Assembly (NCBI GenBank): GCA_003518045.1
Contig: DOZK01000021.1
Span: 8,975 to 46,943 of the forward strand
DNA: 37,969 nucleotides
From: Candidatus Nomurabacteria bacterium
GTDB taxonomy: Bacteria > Patescibacteriota > Minisyncoccia > Phycocordibacterales > UBA5272
Direction of reading: 5' to 3'
The notes under the pieces were generated by a model that saw only the letters and a list, made by a program, of their open reading frames with translations, was not told the DNA's origin and did not search any database. Shown piece by piece: positions 10,034-18,852 of this stretch; within the stretch, counting starts at the first letter, position 1, and every line of letters begins with the position of its first letter. A program made the position numbers and the translations under genes.

Positions 10034-10795
10034 TTAAATTATTTGGGTTTCTGGGGCAAGTAAAAAAGTTAGCTCGGAAACATTTATTGAGTCATCTCCA
10101 CATAGAAAGCTTATTTTGTTTGCGACTTCATTTGCATCAGTAAGTTTTTTTGTAGGACTACTATTTCTAACAATTTCAATAAAGGCACGCGGTGTAGAAC
10201 TATTCATTCCCCCTTCCATAACACCTGGAGCAATAGAATACACACGAACATTAGATGCTTTTAATTCTTCTTTTAAAGCAACTAACATTCCCTGTAACGC
10301 AAATTTAACAACACTATAAGCACCGCGTGCTTTCGTATTATTTTGCGTAACAACGTTTGCAGTAATAATTCCAATAATGACTCCTTGTTTATGTTCTTTA
10401 AGAATAGTTGCAGCTGACATTAAAAAATTAAAACTACCAAATACATTGACTTCAAATTGCTCTTGTAAATCTTTTAAACTAGAAAGATGTAATTGTTTTG
10501 GCTTTGGTATCACTCCGGCTGTATGAATACAAGCATATATATTACCCATCTCCTTTTCAATTAATTCCAATGTTTGTTTTACATTGTCAGCATCTTCAAG
10601 ATTACAAACATAAGCATGATGTCCTCCACCTTTTAGTGTTTCCATCATTTCCTCTACTTCTTCTTTAGATTTTTTATGATACAAAACTGCAACCGACATT
10701 CCATCTTCAGCTAATTTTTTTACCACTTCAAAACCAACATATCCTGTGCCACCGGAGATTACTGCTATTCTTTTTTGTATATTTGATGTATTCAT
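10034..10795 (-). CDS. Short-chain dehydrogenase/reductase (FabG/ketoreductase-like)
   Basis: VISGGTGYVG Rossmann motif, YSVVK (YxxxK), SIAPG. Confidence 0.88.
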   Translation of the reverse strand: MNTSNIQKRIAVISGGTGYVGFEVVKKLAEDGMSVAVLYHKKSKEEVEEMMETLKGGGHHAYVCNLEDADNVKQTLELIEKEMGNIYACIHTAGVIPKPKQLHLSSLKDLQEQFEVNVFGSFNFLMSAATILKEHKQGVIIGIITANVVTQNNTKARGAYSVVKFALQGMLVALKEELKASNVRVYSIAPGVMEGGMNSSTPRAFIEIVRNSSPTKKLTDANEVANKISFLCGDDSINVSELTFLLAPETQII

Positions 10796-10798
10796 ATT

Positions 10799-11215
10799 TT
10801 AAATAACCTGGACCTTAGCTTCACCTAAAACGACAACATCTTTTCCTTTTTTCATCACTATATTGATAGTAAGTATTTTTGTTGCTTCACTTTTAAAAAT
10901 AACAGTTCCGACAACTTCTATTTCATCTCCAATAAATACTGGATTCTTGAAAGACAAATTCTGACTAAGATAAAGACATCTTTTCCCTGGTATACACATA
11001 CCAACAAATCTTGAGCAAAGAGACCCGAGCAACATGCCATGTACTAATCTCTGTTTAAATTGTGTCCCCTCTGCATAAGAAATATCTGTGTGCAATGGAT
11101 TCATATCCCCACTTAATTCTGCAAACTTCATAACTTCATCTTCCATAAAAACACGATAAAAAGAAGCATTATCTCCAACTTTTATTTCATCAAAAGAAAG
11201 TTCTTTAGCGTTCAT
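10799..11215 (-). CDS. MaoC/PhaJ-type hotdog dehydratase
   Basis: FAELSGDMNPLH hydratase-2 motif, VHGML, FKNPVFIGD; start Met8 (11215), 1 nt after the ACP stop. Confidence 0.88.
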   Translation of the reverse strand: MNAKELSFDEIKVGDNASFYRVFMEDEVMKFAELSGDMNPLHTDISYAEGTQFKQRLVHGMLLGSLCSRFVGMCIPGKRCLYLSQNLSFKNPVFIGDEIEVVGTVIFKSEATKILTINIVMKKGKDVVVLGEAKVQVI

Positions 11216-11216
11216 T

Positions 11217-11441
11217 TTATTTTTTATTCTTTTCAACTAAAACACGTAAATCACCAAGTGTTTGAGCATTCATTACTTCGTCCATGCTAAAAGACATAGA
11301 AAATTCTTTTTCAAGTTCTGCAATAAAAAGTAAATAGTTCATAGAATCCCAGTTTGGAATATCTTTTGATGAAAGTTCATCTTTTATATTTTCTTCTTTT
11401 ACACCGAATAATTCTTCTACTATTTGATTAAATGTTTTCAT
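11217..11441 (-). CDS. Acyl carrier protein
   Basis: 74 aa, acidic, WDSM phosphopantetheine site and LEKEF helix; ATG overlaps the FkbH TGA (ATGA). Confidence 0.88.
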   Translation of the reverse strand: MKTFNQIVEELFGVKEENIKDELSSKDIPNWDSMNYLLFIAELEKEFSMSFSMDEVMNAQTLGDLRVLVEKNKK

Positions 11442-12493
11442 ATATTTATTTTCACCCACGCTGGAGACTCTTTACAATTATCAATTTCATATTTACCATC
11501 AGTAAAATGTTTTTTTATAAATTCTCTGGCTGGCAAATTTTTCTCAGTCTCCTCCTGTGCAATTGTAATTAAATTAACCCCCATATCTTTAGCTTGTTTA
11601 ACTATTGTAGCAAAAAATGCCTCCTCAACATCTTTACCAAATACCCGGCAACTCATAAGAAGTGATTTTATATGCCAAACCAACTCTTCCTTTTCAACAA
11701 GTGCAAATAATATAATTCCATAATCACCAAACTTATCTTGTAATCTTGCATGATAAACGTGATGATTTTCATTTTTTATATATTCACTAATTTCATCTTC
11801 CGATAATGGTTGCTTTAATGTATTAAACTGATTTGTTTTTCCTGTAAGTTGAGACAATCGTGGTATACAAGAATTATCATCTTTAAAAATAAAAAGTGAG
11901 AGGTCTAAACTTTTTAAAAAATCTTCTTTGGATTCGTATTGTTTTTCTTCTTCTTTTCGTAGACGTTCTGTTACATATAAATTTCCTCTCATTTTATCTT
12001 CATCTGTAATAACTAAAGATTCAAAATATGGAAGTGAGTTTAAAAATTGCGTATATTCTTTTGGGTCAACTGGCAACTCAGGAACTTCAACTTCTGGCAC
12101 AAGCGCACGTACCATGGCACGATTAGTTGGATCGTCATCTAAGAAGACCATCGAATCAAGACCGATATTTAATTCCTTAGCTAACTCTTTTATATTCTCT
12201 GCTTTGTCATTCCAATTTATACGATATGCGGCGAAATGCTTTTCCTTTAAAATCTGATTCGGATGATTACGAATTACATCCCAAACATCATTTTCATTAT
12301 TTCTACTATTTATGGCTAAAATAACACCTCTATCATAGTGGTCAAGAATTGCCTGCTGGAAGGCCATAAAACTGTTTCCAGGAGGTGTAAGCGATAGGGC
12401 AATCCCATCCTTACCATCTTCACCAATAACTCCACCCCAGAGCGTATTATCAAGATCTAGAACAAGACATTTTTTCATAATATTACCTTTCAA
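11438..12493 (-). CDS. fkbH: FkbH-like HAD-IIIC glyceryl transferase/phosphatase
   Basis: KCLVLDLDNTLWGG, INWNDK, VFLDD, KTNQFN, LMSCRV with the conserved Cys; start may be 12478. Confidence 0.92.
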   Translation of the reverse strand: MKGNIMKKCLVLDLDNTLWGGVIGEDGKDGIALSLTPPGNSFMAFQQAILDHYDRGVILAINSRNNENDVWDVIRNHPNQILKEKHFAAYRINWNDKAENIKELAKELNIGLDSMVFLDDDPTNRAMVRALVPEVEVPELPVDPKEYTQFLNSLPYFESLVITDEDKMRGNLYVTERLRKEEEKQYESKEDFLKSLDLSLFIFKDDNSCIPRLSQLTGKTNQFNTLKQPLSEDEISEYIKNENHHVYHARLQDKFGDYGIILFALVEKEELVWHIKSLLMSCRVFGKDVEEAFFATIVKQAKDMGVNLITIAQEETEKNLPAREFIKKHFTDGKYEIDNCKESPAWVKINI

Positions 12494-12506
12494 GATAACA
12501 CAAAAA

Positions 12507-12848
12507 CTACGCTACGGCAATTGCGGCGGCTACTGTATCTGTATGAGTTATTGATATATTTACAGATATTTTTTTACCTTTATGAAAGGCTACTGGTTCC
12601 CCATCTTTTCCATGTCTAATTTCAATTTCAGAAAATGGAAAAAGTTTAACTCCCAGGGCTTTACTTACTGCTTCTTTAGCCGAAAAAGTACCAGCCAAAT
12701 GTGGTGCTGGATTTTTAAAAGAAAAACAATATCCGAGTTCTTTTTCAAAAAAAACTTTTTTAAGAAATGGATCACTTATTTTTGAATTAAATTTCTCAAA
12801 ACGTGAGACATCCACAATATCTATGCCAACTCCTTTTAATTTATTCAT
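12507..12848 (-). CDS. acpS: Holo-ACP synthase (AcpS-type phosphopantetheinyl transferase)
   Basis: GVGIDIV, FSAKEAVSKALG, ISITHT. Confidence 0.9.
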   Translation of the reverse strand: MNKLKGVGIDIVDVSRFEKFNSKISDPFLKKVFFEKELGYCFSFKNPAPHLAGTFSAKEAVSKALGVKLFPFSEIEIRHGKDGEPVAFHKGKKISVNISITHTDTVAAAIAVA

Positions 12849-12853
12849 ATAAA

Positions 12854-13951
12854 TTATTTTTTAATTAATGGACTAACTAATTTCATTGTTTCTTTTACAC
12901 CTTCAGCATTCCAATGTGTATCATCAGTATGATAAAGAGTTTTATTTTCTTTTATAGTTGCCTTAAAAAACTGATCTTGGGTATTTACGGCTTTTACCCC
13001 TTTTTCATTTAAAGCTTTTACAAGGTCTGGAATAAAATGTGGTTTTGTTTTACTTGGTAATGAATCCCAATAAATTGTTTCCTTATTCGGAACTGGTACA
13101 AAAATAAGTTGTATTCCTTTTTCTTTTAAAACTTTATCCACCTCAACTATTTTTGAAACTGTAAGGTTAAAATCTTGTTTAGAAACTTCTTTATTAGCTA
13201 TATCGCCTTGGAAAAATAACATTGGAGAATTATCAAACTTTATGACTGGTTTTGCTTCAAAAAAATACTGGGTATTCGCTCTAAAATAATGATACATATT
13301 CTGTTTCAGAAAACGATCAAGTAAAACAAAGACGTCCGTTAGTTTTTCAAGGTGAAAAGTATGGATTATTTTCTGTGCTATTTCATGTGAGAAAGAAATA
13401 AAATTGTATGTATATTTTGTAGAAAAATTACTTACATCAGTTAAGTCTCTTTCCATTTGAACAAGAACAATTGTTTTTGGTGAATGGACTGTCAGATAAT
13501 CGCTGTGAAGAAACTCTGTCATAAGAATACCTCCCATTCCATAAACGTCTTTACCTATTGATTTTGAAAGCACTTCTGCAGCTGTTTCTTTTTGATCAAG
13601 TCCTGAACCAACAGCAAGAGAATCTCCAACAAGGACAATATCGTATTGTTCATTTGGGGAAAGCCTCGTGCGATATCCGTCATTATTAGTTACCCATTCT
13701 ACATTTTTAATCACCTCATTTGGAGTATGAACACCTAAGTCTCCAGTTTCCACCATAGACATTTTCATGTTTGGATAAAATGGTCCAGGTAATAATATTC
13801 TACCCGCCCTATTATAAACATTTATTGACTCCCAAAATCTATGAGAAAAATAATTCACTGGTAAAGCTAGTTCTACGGCAGACATTATGAAAAAGGGAAT
13901 TAAAAATAAAAATGTTCTTATTATAAATTTTTTATATTCTAGGTTTTTCAT
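12854..13951 (-). CDS. AlgJ/AlgX-like SGNH O-acetyltransferase partner of MBOAT-1
   Basis: N-terminal TM, LVGDSL, VPVPNKETIY, YHTDDTHWN. Confidence 0.8.
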   Translation of the reverse strand: MKNLEYKKFIIRTFLFLIPFFIMSAVELALPVNYFSHRFWESINVYNRAGRILLPGPFYPNMKMSMVETGDLGVHTPNEVIKNVEWVTNNDGYRTRLSPNEQYDIVLVGDSLAVGSGLDQKETAAEVLSKSIGKDVYGMGGILMTEFLHSDYLTVHSPKTIVLVQMERDLTDVSNFSTKYTYNFISFSHEIAQKIIHTFHLEKLTDVFVLLDRFLKQNMYHYFRANTQYFFEAKPVIKFDNSPMLFFQGDIANKEVSKQDFNLTVSKIVEVDKVLKEKGIQLIFVPVPNKETIYWDSLPSKTKPHFIPDLVKALNEKGVKAVNTQDQFFKATIKENKTLYHTDDTHWNAEGVKETMKLVSPLIKK

Positions 13952-13954
13952 AAA

Positions 13955-15418
13955 TTAAAATTGAAAATAAATAAACTGTTGCCCTGCTTCAACAAATAAA
14001 AATCTTAGAATTACGACCATTAAAAAATAAATAGTCCACCTTACAAAGATATTTAGAGAAGATACTTTATCTTCAAATCCTTTATCGCGTAACCAATATT
14101 GTACACCCTCTAATATAAATATAGATAAAATCGCAAGAAAAACGTTATAAATATTAGAATTTAATTCTTTTGGTAAAGATTCCCAGAACGAAAACTTTGT
14201 TATATCAAAAATATTAACAAATGAACTTTTCAAAATAAAATAGGCATCAGTTAATGTTTTTGCACGGAAAAATACCCAACCAATACAAATTAATGTAAAA
14301 GTTACCACAACTTGTAAAATAGAATGAAACCCTGGAAACATATTAAGTTTAAAAAACTCCGATATGGAATTTCTTAAAGATACGGTTGCTCTTTCATACA
14401 TTAAAAAGATGGCTTGAAGAGCTCCCCAAATTACAAAAGTCCAATTTGCTCCATGCCAAAGTCCGCTTAACAAAAAAACAATAAAAATATTTCTATAAAT
14501 TTTCCAATTAGATGTCTGACTCCCACCTAATGGGAAATAAACATAATCTCTAAACCAACTAGAAAGTGAAATATGCCACCTTCTCCAGAACTCTGTTATG
14601 GAGTGTGATGAATATGGCCTATCAAAATTATTCATAAGATTAAATCCAAGAACTTGTGCGCCTCCGCGTGCAATATCTGTGTATCCAGAGAAATCACAAT
14701 ATATTTGATAGGCAAAAAATATAGTAGCAATAATAAAGATCGGGCCTGAATAATTATTAGTATTATCAAATATCTGATTAACCATAACAGCTAAGCGGTC
14801 TGCTATAACTATCTTTTTTATAAACCCCCAAGCCATTAATTTTAATCCCTTTGTTACACGCTCATAATTAAAATAATGATGCTCATAAAATTGATGAATC
14901 AAATTTTGTGGTCTTTCAATTGGACCAGCTACTAATTGCGGGAAAAACATAACATAAAGAGCGTAAATACCAATATGCCTTTCGGCTTTTTGATTTCTAC
15001 GATAAACCTCAATCGTATAACTCATTGCTTGAAATGTGTGGAAAGAAAGTCCTACAGGTAAAAGAATGTGCAGAAATTCCAATGAATAATTCCAATGAAT
15101 AAAAGTTGCTATTTCATTTATATTTTCCGCGAAAAAATTAAAATATTTAAAGAACGCCAATATGCCAACATTAGCAATAATACTAATGATTAAAAAAAGT
15201 TTACGTTTTTTACCTTCGGACTTTTCTATTAAAATACCAGCAAAATAATCAATAAAAATTGTAAAGGCTAATATTAAAATATATTTTGGAACAAAAGCCA
15301 TATAAAAAATACAGCTTGCTATTAATAGCATTAACCATCTAAATTTTTGCGGCAATAAATAATACAAAGCAACAACAATTGGAAAGAAAATTATAAATTG
15401 TTTTGAATTAAAAATCAT
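13955..15418 (-). CDS. MBOAT family O-acyltransferase (AlgI-like), MBOAT-1
   Basis: LPVGLSF, FPQLVAGPIER, YCDFSGYTD, FWRRWH, GLWHG; C-terminal FIYFQF. Confidence 0.93.
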   Translation of the reverse strand: MIFNSKQFIIFFPIVVALYYLLPQKFRWLMLLIASCIFYMAFVPKYILILAFTIFIDYFAGILIEKSEGKKRKLFLIISIIANVGILAFFKYFNFFAENINEIATFIHWNYSLEFLHILLPVGLSFHTFQAMSYTIEVYRRNQKAERHIGIYALYVMFFPQLVAGPIERPQNLIHQFYEHHYFNYERVTKGLKLMAWGFIKKIVIADRLAVMVNQIFDNTNNYSGPIFIIATIFFAYQIYCDFSGYTDIARGGAQVLGFNLMNNFDRPYSSHSITEFWRRWHISLSSWFRDYVYFPLGGSQTSNWKIYRNIFIVFLLSGLWHGANWTFVIWGALQAIFLMYERATVSLRNSISEFFKLNMFPGFHSILQVVVTFTLICIGWVFFRAKTLTDAYFILKSSFVNIFDITKFSFWESLPKELNSNIYNVFLAILSIFILEGVQYWLRDKGFEDKVSSLNIFVRWTIYFLMVVILRFLFVEAGQQFIYFQF

Positions 15419-15430
15419 TTTTATACTTTA

Positions 15431-16252
15431 TTACTTTCTTTCAAGAATCATCCACTCCTGTTCTTGCCACCCTCTTTCACGGCGCAACTCATATAAATCT
15501 TTTTCATTTTTAATTTCAGCAAAAAACGGGAAATTCTTAGGGTTGGCTAATTCAAATGGAATAATTTTTATATTGTGTGTATCCTTAAAACGATTAGCCA
15601 AAATTTCTTTTGCGTTTGGTCGAATAAAATCGTGAAGCTCTATTATGGCTGTTTTTACTTTTTTAAATTCTGAAAAATTTTCTGGATCTAAAATATCCAC
15701 CTCCCCTCCTTCACAATCACACATAAGCAAAGTGTTATCAGTAATTAAAGGAGAAACATTTTTTGAAGTTGCTTCTTCAAATAAAGACAATTTATTAGTT
15801 AAATTGTTTTTCTCATACATTTCTTTACTAAGATTTCTACCAATTTCTTCTAAGTCAAACCCGATTAAATGTAAGTCCGGAAACATTTTCCCAAAACCAA
15901 TTAAGTAATATCCTTCAGCAGAACCAATATCCAAAAAAGTATCAAAGTTTTTATCTTTTAAAGTCTTTATATACGGATGTAGAATTGCCTCATATGAACC
16001 AATAAGTTTGTGTAGATAAGAACTTCCAACAGCTTTATCAACATATTTCATCCCCTCAAATGGCCCCGCTTGTACTACTTTTGGAAACTTTGATAAAAAT
16101 ATGGCTTCATATTTTGCAAGTATATTATTGTCCCCGACAAAACGAGCAAAAAGATTAACCCATACTGATTTAACAAAATTAAAAAGTCTTGCTGGAAGAA
16201 TTTTCTTAATAAAGAATTTTACCCTTACACGAATTGGAAGATATTGTTTCAT
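15431..16252 (-). CDS. SAM-dependent methyltransferase (FkbM-like)
   Basis: FLDIGSAEGYY, LMCDCEGGE, IIELH. Confidence 0.75.
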   Translation of the reverse strand: MKQYLPIRVRVKFFIKKILPARLFNFVKSVWVNLFARFVGDNNILAKYEAIFLSKFPKVVQAGPFEGMKYVDKAVGSSYLHKLIGSYEAILHPYIKTLKDKNFDTFLDIGSAEGYYLIGFGKMFPDLHLIGFDLEEIGRNLSKEMYEKNNLTNKLSLFEEATSKNVSPLITDNTLLMCDCEGGEVDILDPENFSEFKKVKTAIIELHDFIRPNAKEILANRFKDTHNIKIIPFELANPKNFPFFAEIKNEKDLYELRRERGWQEQEWMILERK

Positions 16253-16261
16253 ATAATATTG

Positions 16262-18025
16262 TTAAATCTTTTTTGAAATTAAATAATTTCCTATTGCTAA
16301 ATGTGGAAGCCCAGAAAGCTCAAATGTACGAAGTGCATCATATGGTTTTTCTACATTTGGCTCACCATGCAAATTAAAACTAGTATTTAGAATACCGCCA
16401 GAACCAGTTAATTTCTCATATTCAGAAATTAATGCATGATATTCCGGATTAACTTCTTTCTTCACCATTTGTGGGCGTGAAGTTAAATCATAAGGATGAA
16501 GTGCTGCGATTAATTCTTTGTGGGCTAATTCTTTAGTTGGAAATGTAATTGCCATATATGGTGCATATTCGTCTTTATTCAAAATTAGATAATCATGTCT
16601 TCTCTCATATAAAAGTGAAGTTGCAAACGGCATCCAAAAATCTCTCCCTTTTATCATTTCATTAATTAATTTTACATTATCATGTGATGATGGATTAGCT
16701 AAAATGGAACGATTACCGAGGGCTCTTGCCCCCCACTCAGCACGACCTTTAAATCTTCCGACCACACTATTCCCAGCTAAAATCTCTGCAACTTTTTTCT
16801 CTATAGTATTTTCACTTTTTGGGTCAAAATATTTTACATCACATTTTTTACAAAATTCATATTCATCAATTACCTTTTTTATTTCTTCGTCAGAATACTC
16901 TCCACCTAAATATAGATGTTCCAACTTTTTTAAACCAGATAAATCATTTTTGTACAAAACAGAATAACCGTACAAAGCATTTCCTATTGAAAGTGATTCG
17001 TCCCCACAAGAAGGGACTAAGAGCAGTGAGTTTACTTCTGGCATTTCGGAAATATATTGATTCGCTTTCACATTCATAAATACTCCCCCACCAACAGCTA
17101 AATCACTACAATTGTATTTCTTCATAGCAAAACGTGCCATGTCTTTTACTATTTCCTCAGTAAGTTTTTGTATACCATATGCTAAAGAATCAAATCGATA
17201 TTGATAATAATCATTCGCTATTAAATACGGTGTCGCTCTTCTTGTATCTATTTTTGAAACCAACTGCATTGTATTTTCATCAAACCACAATATCTCTTTT
17301 AATTTTTCATAAACTTTTTCCCCTGAAGTTTTTTTTGCATAAGGCGCAAGACCCATTACTTTAAACTCATGCTCATTGCGAGACATTCCCAGTAAATCAA
17401 CAAAAGAAGCATACAAAAGTCCAAGTGAATTTCCTCTTTCAAAAATATGTAAAACTTTTATATCTCCATTTTCAAAAAGATTTATTGAACCACAAAAAGT
17501 ATCCCCCTCACCATCTAAAACAAAAATGATTCTACGCTTATTTTTATCTTCCATAAAAGGTAAAGATGCCCAAGCGTGAGATAGATGATGTGGAACTTCT
17601 ATGATAGACGCTCCAGGGAATTGCTCTTCTAAATATTTTTTAGTTTTCTTTTCTACTCCAGAAACAATAACTTTAAGTGAAAATAAAAAATCTTGTATTT
17701 TATATACGATTTTAATAAACGGCAATTTAACTGCAACGGCTTTTATAAACCATTTCCCTTTATTTATACGATTACGATAATCAGCATTATCTTTCGTAGT
17801 ATTCACAATATGAGCACCTAATTTTATTCCATCAACAAAAACATAATCAAATTTTTCTAAATTATATTTTTCTTTTATATATGCAAGAGAAAAATGTGGA
17901 AATCCAATGTGTTTCTTTTGACGAGAAAGACGCTCTTCTGACATCGATTCGACTATTTCCCCATCTTTCATAAGGGTTATAGTTGCATCATGTCCGAAAT
18001 TTACTCCCAGAATATAATCACTCAT
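16262..18025 (-). CDS. O-carbamoyltransferase, NodU/CmcH family
   Basis: GHD, EERLSR, HHLSHA, KVMGLAPY, GARALGNRSILA, LNTSFNLHGEP. Confidence 0.93.
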   Translation of the reverse strand: MSDYILGVNFGHDATITLMKDGEIVESMSEERLSRQKKHIGFPHFSLAYIKEKYNLEKFDYVFVDGIKLGAHIVNTTKDNADYRNRINKGKWFIKAVAVKLPFIKIVYKIQDFLFSLKVIVSGVEKKTKKYLEEQFPGASIIEVPHHLSHAWASLPFMEDKNKRRIIFVLDGEGDTFCGSINLFENGDIKVLHIFERGNSLGLLYASFVDLLGMSRNEHEFKVMGLAPYAKKTSGEKVYEKLKEILWFDENTMQLVSKIDTRRATPYLIANDYYQYRFDSLAYGIQKLTEEIVKDMARFAMKKYNCSDLAVGGGVFMNVKANQYISEMPEVNSLLLVPSCGDESLSIGNALYGYSVLYKNDLSGLKKLEHLYLGGEYSDEEIKKVIDEYEFCKKCDVKYFDPKSENTIEKKVAEILAGNSVVGRFKGRAEWGARALGNRSILANPSSHDNVKLINEMIKGRDFWMPFATSLLYERRHDYLILNKDEYAPYMAITFPTKELAHKELIAALHPYDLTSRPQMVKKEVNPEYHALISEYEKLTGSGGILNTSFNLHGEPNVEKPYDALRTFELSGLPHLAIGNYLISKKI

Positions 18026-18033
18026 TAAAGACG

Positions 18034-18042
18034 ATTATAGCA
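18034..18042 (-). promoter_or_regulatory. Extended -10 promoter (TGCTATAAT) 8 nt upstream of the carbamoyltransferase ATG; probable start of the 11-gene operon
   Basis: Minus strand reads atgctataatcgtctttaATG with no Shine-Dalgarno. Confidence 0.6.
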
Positions 18043-18063
18043 TATTTATTTTACTTCTTTTCC

Positions 18064-18852
18064 TTATTTATCTATTGATAACCATTCGATATCTGAACGA
18101 ATTGTATTACTTTCAAACTCACTATTCTGATGAACTAAAAGAGGTACATACCCATATAAATGAAACCCGGCTTTCAAACGGGCCACGTTCGGCGTCCTAT
18201 CGGCACTCATACAGAGAGGGTTAGTAAGGGGTAGTAATTTCTTCGCCCCATCTAAAGTCAAAATATATGCTCCAGCATTATAAAGCGGTCTAAAGAAATA
18301 TTTTGGTCCTCTATATGAAATAATTTTTCTGGCAATAAAATCCCTAGAAGTTTCAAAGAAAGAAAGAAAGAACATATACGGTAATTTAATACAAGCATAA
18401 AAAAAGAAGCTTGGATTTTGTCTTATTGTTTTATATGTGGCGATAAGCCAAGATTTAAAAAAAATTAAACCCACATAACGATAATCAAATGAAAGCCAGT
18501 CCCATTTTTTATTTTTTTTATTAATTTCTCTTTCAACTATATCAATAAAATCTGGTGGAAGAATAGCATCGTCTTCCAAAATAACAGAATAAGGAATATT
18601 TTCTTTTATAATTTTTTCATAAATAAACGCATGCGAAAACGCACATCCCTTTTCCCCTGTTAAAAGAGATTTGCCTTGCTCCTTCAAAGTCTTCTCTTCA
18701 CTATATCTTTCTACAACCCTTTCATTATCACCATAAAATCCATCAATAATAGCATACTCTGCACCAATAAATTTTAAATGGCTTTCTATCTTCTGTTTGC
18801 GAGCTATATCTCTTGGCAAATTTATTACAAAAATAGGAAAAGATTGTTTCAT
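18064..18852 (-). CDS. Glycosyltransferase family 25
   Basis: FVINLPRDIARK, GEKGCAFSH, ILEDDA, AYILTLDGAKKLL. Confidence 0.88.
   Translation of the reverse strand: MKQSFPIFVINLPRDIARKQKIESHLKFIGAEYAIIDGFYGDNERVVERYSEEKTLKEQGKSLLTGEKGCAFSHAFIYEKIIKENIPYSVILEDDAILPPDFIDIVEREINKKNKKWDWLSFDYRYVGLIFFKSWLIATYKTIRQNPSFFFYACIKLPYMFFLSFFETSRDFIARKIISYRGPKYFFRPLYNAGAYILTLDGAKKLLPLTNPLCMSADRTPNVARLKAGFHLYGYVPLLVHQNSEFESNTIRSDIEWLSIDK

Noticed and set aside
11438..11441. Alternative genetic code (UGA=Gly, table 25)
   Set aside because: Long genes are intact under table 11, and TGA serves as the FkbH stop overlapping the ACP start.
10034..12848. Type II fatty-acid or polyketide synthesis cluster
   Set aside because: No ketosynthase, malonyl transacylase or enoyl reductase; FkbH and MBOAT/SGNH neighbours point to short acyl transfer.
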